This document shows positions 24,899 to 37,410 of a stretch of 64,000 nt of DNA, one piece after another. The notes beneath the pieces were generated by a model, which was not told where the DNA came from, did no database searches, and worked only from the letters and a program-made list of their open reading frames with translations. This DNA comes from Octopus sinensis (taxonomy: Eukaryota). The DNA is taken from assembly GCF_006345805.1 (NCBI RefSeq), contig NC_042999.1, positions 108,190,001 to 108,254,000 on the forward strand, in the 5' to 3' direction. The first letter of the stretch is position 1; every line of letters starts with the position of its first letter. A program made the position numbers and the translations under genes.

Positions 24899-26024
24899 TA
24901 TGTAATAGATATAGTGAATAAATGTATACATAAAACTGTTGTGTTGTTAGCATTCCATGACTCTCTAGAAGTTTTAACATGAAATAGCTACTGTTAAAAA
25001 TGTATTCAGTAAAATACTATTATTTATTCTTGCTGCAGCAATTTCCTGTTTCTAAAAGCTATTTTATTGTTTTGTTTTGTCTATTACATATCAGTAAAAC
25101 TGGAATTGCTAGATTTATCTTATGTAATGCATCTTGCATGTGCAATTATAAACCTACAAAGGAATAATAAAATGTTTATCTTAGTAAAAACTGTTTGTTG
25201 GGGTACTTACTACCAATCATAAAAAATGCCAGAATGTAAGGTGAAAGGTATCGATCACATTAGCTAATCAGCATCGGTGATTAGATGTAATAAGCCAGGT
25301 GAAAGTAACCATGTATCCCTGAATGAAGAAGAGCTTCAATACATGGTCACTCATACTGGTTGAAATAGCAGCCAGACTTCACTAAATTAGTGAAAGAGTC
25401 TCTACACATTGACTTAGTCTGTTAGAAATAGGAACCAAATCTTCAAAGTGATGAGGGATCCTCAACATACTCAGTTGACCTGTAAGAAATAAAAGTCAAG
25501 CTTCCATCAAATCACACTCTAATATCATAAAAATGGAAGGACGCATTTGATAATACTGTCCTGCATACCAGAGAAAAAGATGGTATAGTTACAGCCAGAA
25601 TGGCTTTTGGCATAAATCTGCTCAAAGTAAGCCAACCTGGGATTAAACAGTAACCAGAGTATAAATATGAATTAGAAAAATTTGCATTAACTGAGAATCA
25701 TAAGCATAAATTGTCTGCAAATGATCTAAATGATCTTGTCTTTTTTATGCCTGAGCTTGTATACAATATTCCTATAATGTTTGTTTATATATATTATCAG
25801 CACTATTATTATCTGTCATTTATTTCATTGTAAATGCAATTTGTGAATAATAGAAGCTTTGGTTGTTACAGGTTCAGATAGGCAGTCACTAGTTCACTGC
25901 ATTCAAGAGATAACGAGAACACAGGGGATTGACTGTAGCTCAGTGTAAATTAGCTATTAAGAAAGACACTTTTTGTTCTTTAAAAGCACTGGTTTTCTAG
26001 TTTTCTCACAGATATAAAAGCAAA

Positions 26025-26285
26025 GTTGAGGCATGTGGCTTAGTGGTTAGGGTGTCAGCATCATGATCGTAAGATTGTGATTTCGATTCCTGGACTGGGC
26101 AATGCGTTGTATTCTTGAGCAAAACACTTCATTTCATGTTGCTCCATTCCACTCAGCTGGCAAAAATGAGTAACGCTGTGATGGACTGGTGTCCCATCCA
26201 GCTGGTGAACACATACGCCACTGAAACTGGGAAACCGGGCCCATGAGCCTGGCTAGGCTTTAAAAGGGCACATTTATTATATTTT
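26025..26285 (+). mobile_element. Family-D tRNA SINE (V-domain-like)
   Basis: A box tggcttagtggtt, B box tttcgattcc, gttgtattcttgagcaaaacactt..ccactcagctgg..gatggactggtgtcccatccag. Degenerate TSD tataaaagcaaa/tataagagcaaa. Confidence 0.9.
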
Positions 26286-26769
26286 ATAAGAGCAAAAGTA
26301 ATACTCACACATGTGTACATATGTGTATACATACACAGAGATATTTCACATTGTTTCCATTTCCCAAATCCTGTTTCAGAAGTATTGGTTTATCTGTGCT
26401 TATGATAAAACATTTGTCCAAGATGCTCCATCATGAGATTGAACTAGGAACAATAGCTATTCCTACACCCTAACAAATAAATTTCTACTGGGAGTTTTAA
26501 GTTGATTCATCAAGCAAAAGATGTTACTAAGGGTAGTGACTTGGCTAGTGTAACATAGTTTGAATGAATAGGTTTTAGTTTAGTTTGTAATGGATGTAAA
26601 CCCTACAATGATGGCCAAATTCTTAACAAGCCAACACAAATTTAAAGTAGATATTTAGTTTTGAACAAATTCTGTTCAGCTTTGTTTATCTTTTTTTTTT
26701 CTTATAAATAAGTGAAAATGTTTACCATTAAAATGGAAATAATTATCAATTCTATCTTGTGCTTAAAGC

Positions 26770-26802
<33 letters not shown>

Positions 26803-26826
26803 AATAATGATAATAATAATATTGAT

Positions 26827-27060
26827 TTTCATTTATACAGTACTTAAGTGCACTACAACTCATCAGAAAATAGTAAAAGATAGGGTAGAAAGCAGCAGCA
26901 GTAAGTAAAGTATGGTAGTAATGAAAATCAAAAATGTGTGGAGAGTTCACAGAATAAACCACAGAAGAGACAGCAAAGTGAACTATAAAAGAACCTTTAA
27001 GAGGAAAGGGTACATAGGTGTACATAGTTGTTGAAAAGATGGTGGATAATCTCGTGAGTT
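26827..27060 (-). mobile_element. PLE-like 3' repeat ending in a truncated hammerhead core next to (AAT)n
   Basis: Minus strand: CTGATGA gt tgtagtgc-acttaa-gtactgta taaat GAAA; homologous to 240-445. Confidence 0.5.
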
Positions 27061-27809
27061 TTTACCAAGTCATATGCTAGATGTGGGAATTTTGTGTTGG
27101 TTAATGTAGAGAAGGGATCTTATTCTGTTCTATATCATGAACTTGGTTGACAATGTGAAATAGGGCTGCGAGAAATATGGCCTATGGAAATGTTTAAACC
27201 ATGTTTGAATTATATAAATTTAGTTCCAGAATAAGTAATATGGTTGAAACTTGTAAAACAGTTTTGCAAACAATCTGTGCAAACAAATTGTAGTCATTTT
27301 GTCACAAAGAAACCAATTTATCAAAATATAATAAAACTGAAATTACATTTTTCCCAGTGGTTTGTGATGTGAAAAGTAGATAATTTAAAACAAGCGTCTT
27401 TGGTGACTGTTAAAAATTCCAGGAAGATAAGTGCAAGTTTAAAAACAGAAATAGTACCTTATTTAAATATATCTCGACAAAATGACAAAAATATCATTAT
27501 TCATTATTCATTGGAGATGAATTTGACATTTACTTCATCTGAAATCATTTAGAATGTCTGACAATGTCACTTCAATTTGACAGAAATGTTTGTCTATGGC
27601 ATTGCTTTAGTGATGTCTATGAAAGAATTAGGAAATAGTTTACTCTACATCTAATTTAATTTTTCCATTATAGGATGGCAATAGTGGCTGAAGAATAATT
27701 AAAGTACAAGGTCACTAACCAAATATTTTAGGTGATTTTTGTAATTTTGAATGAATTATTGCATTCTAACAGCAATGGCAACAGGAAATATTTTCACTAT
27801 GGTTTGAAA

Positions 27810-28040
27810 TCATAGTCATGGCAGATACTGGTACCATGCAACTAACACCCATACCGGTAGCACATAAAAGTACCCATTACTCTCTCAGAGTGGTTGGCAA
27901 TAGGAAGGGCATCTAAGCATAGAAACTATGCCAAATGAGACTGGTTTCTGGTGCAGCTCCCAGCTTACCAGCCTTGGTCAAATCGTCCAACCCAAGCAAG
28001 CATGGACAATGAACATTAAATGATAATGATGATGATGATT
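27810..28040 (+). mobile_element. Family-C SINE/RTE-tail repeat
   Basis: gagtggttggcaataggaagggcatc...gtccaacccaagcaagcatgg plus (GAT)n. Confidence 0.8.
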
Positions 28041-28956
28041 AGTAGGTATATAATTAAAGAAATGCTAGGTAATGATTGTGGATAAGACACATTACTCACC
28101 TTGCTTTAGACTATTGGTTGAGTTTAAAAAGGTGAGTGATGATAAAACAAAGGCAGTGAAGAATTGTAAAGCACCCACCCAAAATGTTACATTGCAGTGC
28201 ACTTTTCCAAAAACTCTTTCTTTTTATCGGTTTTCCAGTAACTGAAAGGGGAAAAAATTACATTCTTTTCTAGACCATTGTCTATAAAGATACCTCGTTC
28301 TAAATTACAAAGTATCATCTGAAATATTTTGAGGTTATATGTTCATATATCTACTTACAATATATCCAAATGGCTAAACAGTACACAAATAAACAAAGAA
28401 TAAACTATTTTAGTCGCACTTCAAATTGTATATAATCTTTGTATAAAATCTTCATCGAATCTATGTTAAAGTGAGATTAATTTACCTCCTTAAAAAAAAC
28501 AAAGATATATTCAACCTGTTTCATAATTTGCTTAAATGGTAAACGTAACTACAATTAATACGTAATCTGTTTTAAATTTTGATAGAGTAAACAAACAAGA
28601 AAATGCCAGTTAATGATAAATTATTTGATGAAAGAAGTTGGTTACTTTATTAGTTCTACATTGAATATTTTCTTAAAAGGTAAATAAAACATTGGAAAAT
28701 TATGTTCTTAAAAGTTCACAAAGTGATGGTGAAAGAATTAGTGCAGCTGTAACATGAATGTTCTTTTCTTAACCACTCCAGCATAGCTTGTTGAGAGAGG
28801 GAGAGAGCATGTGTATGTGTATGAATGTTAGTTATTAAAAAAATAAAAGAGCCAAATGCTTACTCTGATAGTTGTTTTGTCTGTCATGTGAATTGCTTTT
28901 TATTTGATATCATTTAACACTTCTATCACTCTAGTCAGAAGCTTAGCTTTTTGCAT

Positions 28957-29375
28957 AAGGTGGTGAGCTGGCAGAATTGTTAGCACGCTGGACGAAATGC
29001 TTAGCGGTATTTCGTCTGCCGTTAAGTTCTGAGTTCAAATTCCGCCGAGGTATACTTTGCCTTTCATCCTTTTGGGGTCGATTAAATAAGTACCAGTTAC
29101 GCACTGGGGTCGATATAATCGACTTAATCCATTTGTCTGTCCTTGTTTGTCCTCTCTGTGTTTAGTCCCTTGTGGGTAATAAAGAAATAGGTATTTCATC
29201 TGCTGTTATGTTCTTAGTTCAAATTCTGGTGAGGTCGGCTTTGCCTTTCATCCTTTTGGGGTCGATAAATTATGTACCAGTTATGCACTGGGGTTGATGT
29301 AATCGACTTAATCCCTTTGTCTGTCCTTGTTTGTCCCCTCTATGTTTAGCCCCTTGTGAGCAATAAAGAAATAAG
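28957..29375 (+). mobile_element. Head-to-tail dimer of family-A tRNA SINE (Meta-like domain)
   Basis: Unit 1 about 28957-29189 with A/B boxes (tggcagaattgtta, gagttcaaattcc) and gcctttcatccttttggggtcgat..aagtaccag. Unit 2 from about 29190 lacks the A box. Confidence 0.92.
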
Positions 29376-31557
29376 TACAGTCAAATAAATCACTCACATA
29401 TTTTATTGATAAATTATCCCAGTCTGTCTTTAAAGCGAGTTGAGCAAAATCTGACTATCTAGGCTAAGCAATGATAGATAACACTATATCCTTAATGATA
29501 TTAAAAACTAAATTAAACTGTTTTATTGATAATGGTCCTGAATCCTGCATTTCATCAATAATGTGTAACACAAGCCTTCTCCGTGTTAAACAGTTTTCTC
29601 ATCTATTCTTTTGAGCATTACCTTTCTCTTCTTTAACTTTAGTTTGGTAGTTCATTAAAGATTTTTACTTCATATATCTCCAGTTTTAATTCAAGTTACT
29701 GTACTTGAGATGTACACTAGCAAGAAGCTTTTAGATTCTATAATTCTATTTACTTTCTGGTAGGCTTTTAAAATTGAGAATTAGAACCTGATGTCTACAT
29801 ATGTAAATGCTTAATGACATTGTGTTATTGTTGTATAATGTTTTGTTCCTCGTGTTAATTTATCAGTTGATCTATATGTGTACAAGTGTATAGTTGATAA
29901 TGATTTATCTAGCTGTATTATATATTATGCTGATAGATAATATTTTCCATAGTTTATTTCAAATGTATGTAAGACAATGCAGTATATCACTCCTTCTCAT
30001 GTTTATCTTGATATATCTTCTAGTTAGATAAATTAAAAACACTGTACTCAAGCTATTTGAAATGCAACATATTGTCTTACTATTCATGTATATCATGAAT
30101 ACTTAATAATTTCTGTAAGTATACACTGGTATCTTTTGGGCCAACAAGCAAACTTTTAGTTTCTAGTTTGTATCATATTTCAATATACTTTTACCTTCAT
30201 TAAGCCTGAAGCTTGGTTATATGGTTAAGAGATTTACTTTGCAATCACATGATTGTGAGTTCAATCCCACTGCATAATAATTAAGCATAACTTCAATCAT
30301 AGCCTTGGTTGACCAATGCTGTGTGAGTAGAATTTGGCAGATGCCAGTTGTGAAAGTACTCAATGTGTATATAGCTAATAACATTTACTAGGCTTCATGG
30401 TTCAATACACAACATTTGGCTTGTAAAACCCTTTGGAAGTCATTCTATTGATCTTATATAATTAAAGGTGATGGTTTATTGTTCAAACTCAATAATGTGG
30501 GTCTTTCAAGTCTGAATTTGAGTACTGCTAATGCTAATATGACCATTCATTTTAAATAGTCATTTGGTCATTAGCATTATTCTTCAGATAAATTAACCCA
30601 TTGTAACACACATTACTAATTGAAGCTGAAGCTCAACTTTAGAACTTCAGTCAAAACCTGTTCTTATTCCTTCTGTAAAAATGTTATTTTGTGTAGAAGT
30701 TTTTGAGTTTAGTTGCTTTAAACATTTATAGTTGTTTTATGCAATATTTTGCCTGACTAGAATAAGTTTTAATATAATGCCATAAAATACTCGAATCTCT
30801 TATGCTTGTCTTCGTTATTGTCAGTTACTCTGTTTTCCTCTATTGGCAGTTAGATATCAAAGAAAAAGAACATTTTATGATAAAATAATATGGAGGCATT
30901 CCAAGAGAGTAGTGTCTACCAACCATCATATTCATTCTTTATATATGTAACACATTTATATATAAAAATAGAAGTTCATGTTTACATTTTATGATAAACT
31001 GAAACTGCATGGACACATTGCAAACACTTCTTTGATTATATTGTCTTTGTTATGTCAAAATATTTATTATATCTGAATAATGATTTTCTTTTTCAACATT
31101 ATTTGTATTTCTGCTATCTTCGTCCTTAACAAATAAAGATAAACTAATTAGTTGGATTGCCAGCTTACAGTCATTAATATTTTTAAGTGTCATTATTAAG
31201 AACAAATAATTTTCATGGAAGTTATTCAAAAGAAATAATTTTCGAGTTTTATCTTTTGTCTTGATGATGTTCTTACACACACATGCACACACAGACACAC
31301 ACACGCATGTATATGTATGTACATATATATATATTGTGTGTGGGATGGTTACAGTGAATGTAAACAACGTTCTCTAAAACCATTAACCAATAAGCTTTGT
31401 TCTAACAACTTCTCTTTCTGAAATTTAATGACAGAGCAATTTGGGAAAGTATTATTTCTATTTTTCTCCAATAACTTTGAAACAATGCTATATGGAATTG
31501 TAGCTGAGATTTCATGTTTGAACATCATATATATTTGTGTATGTGTGTGTGTGTGTG

Positions 31558-31600
<43 letters not shown>

Positions 31601-34600
31601 TTATGAAACACATCTTTTCTTGTGACTGTTTTACTGTAATTTAGTTGCTAAATGATTTTGGTTATTAACGGGTTAGCATATTTATCACAAACTTGAATAC
31701 ATTACTAGTAGTGGTATAGTGATAACCTTTAAAGCTGGTATCTACATTTGGTTTTCTAAGTAGTATTAGTTATTCAATGTATTCATTATTGCATTGCCAG
31801 GTAACCCAAATGATCAGTCATACATACATATTTAAAATGTGGGTGTATGCATTTGAGTGTGTGTGTGTTTAATTTTCCAAATTAAATAAATTTGATTTTT
31901 CTGTCAACTTTTGAAAATAAAGACAAAAATATTTTTACTGGCTATACCATAAATACAAAATGCAACATTAATTAATGAATTTTTGATAAATACATAAATG
32001 AGTGCTGTCAGAAAAGAATTTTTTTTTAATTATTGTATTCAATAAATTTTGTAAAACTAATAATTTTGTTTTCCCCTTATATAACAAAGAATTCTGAGGT
32101 ATGAGACTAATTCGCTGGCATATATAAAATTACAACTGAAACAAACTTCATTTGAGACTGTAATAATTTATAGTTCTTTATTCAATAGATTTCTGCTCTT
32201 CAACCTCAACTTTCCACTGTAACTACTGAAATAAAATATTAATATTTAAATTTGATTTATTAAAGGTACATTGTTTTTTTTTTTTTTAATATTTCATTTT
32301 GATAACAGCAGCTGACTACAAAATAGAAATTTTTGATTGTTCATGTTTTATAAATTATTTGTTTTAATTTAAAATATCAGTGAAATATGTGAATTTTAAT
32401 TTCCAAGATATTAGTGGCAGTGATACTCCAGTTCAATGTCGGCTAATTTGCTTGGGATATCTTGGAAAATTTAGATTATATTACTCTACCTATATTGTCT
32501 TAATCTAGTTTAAACAAATACATACTAAGTTTGGAAAACCAATACTAAATTCATGGCATATTTATATGCTGTGTACATAGTTGATTGAAAGTACTTGTTA
32601 CCTTAGTTTTCTAGGGTTCGAGGAGAGCCTAGACACAATCAGAATTGCAAAAGCCCAGTTAACGATTGTTTTGCTTTAATTTGCCTTATAACCTCCACCC
32701 CGAAAGGTTTTGATCTAACTAACAAGTAAATATTCATTCACCAACATACCACAACCATTAAAACACTAATATAGTTAATGTTATTTAGTTCCAGTTCTGT
32801 CCCAATTAAGATGTTCCAGTTTTGACCAATCTCCATTATTCTTCCACCATAGTGTATTTAAAACTGTATTATCGAAGGTAGAAAAATATGATTAGCAGGA
32901 AATATGGCTGCTATTTCTAGCAGGTGGAGTAACCATATGGAATCTCTCTGTAGGCTCTTGATTTTTGGAGAAACTTTGCAAGCTTGTATTCAAAACTTCA
33001 ATGTCTTTGCATGTTAAACCCCCCAAAAGGTGTTTGACTTATAATTTCTTTTTTATTAAAAATTTCTTCAAATTAATTTTAATTAATAGCTGAATATATT
33101 AAAATAAAAAGGTTATTGATAATGCACAATTAATATGTGCTAAAGATGTACATGAATATAATCAAGCAGTAACCATATGGACATGGCATGTTGTCCTACT
33201 GACCTCCCTCATGGTGGGTGGCATGCTTAATCCAGATAAATCCAAGTAAGCTTGACGAGGTGATGATGATAATGATAATGATAGATATTTCCCAATATCT
33301 CTTTAGCAGACAATTTAACCTTAGTTTAATGATTAATTAAAATTTCATTTTATTTTCATGGATAACTGTCAGGACATGTTTAAAGATGTCTTGGCATTTT
33401 CATTACTGTATGATAATGCTAAGGAAGCCTCTTGATCTCTGTCACTGTTTTGGCTGCCATCACTCTTTCTGCTGTTTAACCACAGGCCAACCCTGATCAA
33501 GCATGCCTTTAATCACAGCCATCGTAGAAGTAGCCATCCTATTGTTTTCTCTGTTAGGAACAACATCGTTCTGTATATTCTTAGATAATTAGAATTGTAA
33601 ATTTAAGGAAGAATAAACTAGTTTTCTTATTGGTACAATCTCTTGTCTTTTAAATCATGGGTCTCATCAAGCACCATTTCTATAATCTTTTCTGCACAAA
33701 ATAATTTAAAAGCTTCTTTGAATGAATCTTTTGCTAATTGTATAAAGATTACTAATTATGGTAATATGATTAATGATATCAGAAAAATAAACCAATAAGA
33801 AATCATGAGAAGTAAATTTACTGAATTTTACAATGCAGATATAATATTGTAATAGCAGCAACTCTAACATGTGACAGATTTCTGTTCTGTGACACTAAAA
33901 TAATAACAAATTCTCATCCTTTAGGATATATGTCATCAGTAAACCTTTATCTATAATCTACTGTATTAAATGCAATGTGATGAGGAAGCAATCTTTGTAG
34001 TCATCTTGTTGGTCATAAAAATATGATGAAGAGTACATTTAATAATGTAATTATAGATGCAGTATGCCTGAGGGAAGAAAAGACCAAAAACAGGATAGCC
34101 AGGGTTGGAATGCCAATCAATCAGGGTTAACTTGTGACAATTACAAAATAACTATATTAAATATCTGCCCAGTGTTTTGTTCTGGTTTTCTTTTTTGGGG
34201 GGATTAAGTCAGTACTAATGAACCAAATATCATTATCATTGTCACTGCTGCCACTACTGCCATCATCATCACTACCATTATCATCATTGTTGTCCTTCTC
34301 CTCCTCCATTAACTGACCTCTTTTTACAGGCTGGTATACAGCAGGTGAGATTTATTGAGACCTGATTTGTTTTTGTTGCGTCCTTCCTTTTACCAACCCT
34401 AATTTGTTTCCAAGTAAGACACTAGTTCTCTTAGGCATTCGATTAATGATCATCTCGATGGTCATTCTTGTTTTTGCAGCTGGTGTAAACAGACATTGCT
34501 CATTGTTTATGCAACATCAAGATGGCCAAAACAATAGAAAAACAAAAACACACTTTCACACAAACACACACACACATGAGCACCACCACCATCTTGATCA

Positions 34601-35467
34601 TCAGTATTTATATTTTATTATTATTATACTGGTGTGGGTTGGATGGGTCATTGTTGATCTCCTAGATGGGTTTGTGAGTTACATTTTTGACTTGGTTTTT
34701 GTAGCTGGCTTTCCTTTCTTAACACCCACCACTTTATGGAATGTACTGGGTTTGCTTTTGTTTTGTTTTTTGTTTGCTTGGCATCAGCATGGAAGAGGTT
34801 GTCACATCGTCAACAACACTAAAAGATCCCCACAAGCCCACATTTAAGAGTGCACTAAAAGCATTTTATCATGGAGCTAGTGTTAGAGAGGATAGGGGTG
34901 AGAGAATGATTGATAACAAGAGGTGAATGAATGGTAAGAGTGAATGATAGGCTTTGATACCAACCTAGCCAGTGGGGTGTTTAGGTGAGCTGTATGGAGT
35001 ATATGCAGATCTACTTTATGCATTTGCTTCAGGATGAACTGGAGTAATAAGGATGAAGAAGAAAGAGTGAGAGAAACAGATTGGTGCAGTGGCATCCCTA
35101 GTTACACTGGAAGCAATTTATGTTGGACAAAAGAGATCAACTGCCATCCTTAGACATGCCAGCAGCATAGTACAGTGAAAATAAGGAGAGAGAGAGAGAG
35201 AGAGAGAGAAAGTGATTGAGAGATGAGTTAAAGGAGCTTGAGCACTAGTTGCATGAGCAATAAAGGTTTGAGTAGTAGTGACATCGATGACAGGCAGGCA
35301 TCCCTCAGTTCTATCTACCAGTTCTACTCGCAAAGCATTGGTTAATACAAGGTTATAGTTGAGGTCTCTTTTCTACTGTGTTATGCATTAAGAACAAATC
35401 CTGAGCCATATGATTGTGAAGCAAAATTCTTAACCATGTGGCTAGGCCTTTTATTAATATTATACTC

Positions 35468-35659
35468 ATGGCACCTGTGTCGGTGGCACATAAAAAGCAC
35501 CCACTACACTCACGGAGTGGTTGGCATTAGGAAGGGCATCCAGCTGTAGAAACACTGCCAGATCTGACTGGCCTGGTGCAGCCTTCAGGCTTGCCAGACC
35601 CCAGTTGAACTGTCCAACCCATGCTAGTATGGAAAGCGGACGTTAAACGATGATGATGA
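35468..35659 (+). mobile_element. Young family-C SINE/RTE-tail repeat
   Basis: Best-preserved copy, retains CpGs, ends gcggacgttaaacgatgatgatg. Confidence 0.88.
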
Positions 35660-36655
35660 GTAAGGAGAAAATGTTTATTACAAGTAACTTAATGATTCAT
35701 TTTGGCCAAGAGAGATAAGAAAGAAAACTTAGAAATCTAGTTTCATTGAAATGGAACTCTTAGACAATCTCCTCCAGTTACTATTCTTTCTAGTCAACTG
35801 CTGTTGATTCTTTTCTAAATTCAGTGAATAATAACAGTACAAGATATTAGTTGTACTAATCACTTAGGAAAGTATTTAGTAACATTGAATAAATAGTTTT
35901 ATTGCTTAACAGTGGAGGATACAAAGGTGATTGTGACTAAATTTTCAAGTACTCTGTATAATTCAAGGAAGTTTCAATTGTAACAGTTATAAAAATTCTT
36001 TAAGCATAAGTCTTCTTATGTTTAGTGAGAAGTTGTCATCTTTACTAACTGGATTTAATTTCTAGTTTTTAAGAGAATGAATATTTTGATGTTGTGGAGG
36101 AGATTTTATTTTTCATTAATTTTATATTTCTTTGAAAAGTAAAAATCATACATCACATTCACATTACAATGTTTTGTTATCTGTACAATCACAAATACAC
36201 ATAATCACCACATAACATATTTGAACATATTACAATACACCAACCTCAGTGCATTGAATAATCCCACCATTACATAAAGAGCACATGATTTAAAACAGAT
36301 ACAAAACTTAAATACATTACTACTACTATATAATAACATTTCACTTTATCACATAACGCAATCACCACAACATAATAAACTGCTATTCATAAATGAAAAT
36401 AGCAAATATCAAACATTGAGCCAGCATTCATTATAGCCACACTCATGCAAGACAAATATGAAACAACTTTTGTACAGTTGCTTGCCTTGCTATAATAGCA
36501 AGCAAATTTATCCCAAATCTCTCCCAGCTCTTTTAAATAAGGGAAGAATACATTGGATACTGTTGTCCCAGACACTCTTGAAAGAGAAGGGATCGTTATG
36601 GCTGAAATTCTTTCAATAATAGATCTACTTAATCAGAGTTGACATAAAAGTTAAA

Positions 36656-37159
36656 CAGGAATGGCTGTGTGGTAAGTAACTTGCTTACCAACCACATGGT
36701 TCCGGGTTCAGTCCCACTGTGTGGCATCTTGGGCAAGTGTCTTCTACTGTAACCTCAGGCCGACCAAAGCCTTGTTAGTGGATTTGATAGACAGAAACTG
36801 AAAGAAGCCCGTCGTGTATATATATATATACTAGCAGTATCGCCCGGCGTTGCTCAGGTTTGTAAGGGAAATAACTATAAAGCATTTTTAGAGAGTTATA
36901 GCCAAAAAATATCAAAAAAATGGAAAAAAATGATGTTTGCGGTTTGTGTTTCTGATTCTCGACCCCATGTCGAATTTATAGATTTTTTTCAGAACTGGGG
37001 GAACTTTTCAAAATTTTCGCTGCGTTAGTTTTGAATTATGACATTGGGCTATGTGTGTGTCAAGTTTCATCAGAATCGGTTGAAAGCCGTGGTCAGGGTG
37101 AGGGTACAAGCAAACAGACACACAGAAACACGCACAGACAAACTGCCGTTTATATAGAG

Positions 37160-37203
<44 letters not shown>

Positions 37204-37410
37204 TTGTGTGTCTGTGTTTGTCTCCCCAACATTGCTTAACAACTTATGCTGGTGCGTTTACATCCCTGTAATTTAGCGGTTAGGCAAAAGAGACCGATAG
37301 AATAAGTACTAGGCTTACAAAGAATAAGTCCTGGGGTCAATTTGCTCGACTAAAGGCGGTGCTCCAGCATGGTCACAGTCAAATGACTGAAACAAGTAAA
37401 AGAGTTAAGA
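36656..37410 (+). mobile_element. Full-length family-B SINE interrupted by a Helitron
   Basis: Head 36656-36815 and 3' module about 37200-37410 match 18389-18792. Confidence 0.9.
36831..37160 (-). mobile_element. Complete non-autonomous Helitron inserted in the SINE's (TA)n
   Basis: Minus strand A|TCtctatataaacggcag ... aacctgagcaacgccgggcgatactgCTAG|T. Confidence 0.9.

Noticed and set aside
26025-26100. tRNA-like sequences here and at other SINE heads
   Set aside because: A/B boxes continue into SINE bodies with tails and TSDs; no full cloverleaf.
34404-34847. 147-aa ORF with hydrophobic stretches
   Set aside because: Built from decayed family-C-type repeats and microsatellite sequence.
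35468-35530. Twister-like appearance of the family-C 5' part (gccggt...gagtggtt)
   Set aside because: The conserved CCCAAGCCC/UAA core and pseudoknots could not be assembled.
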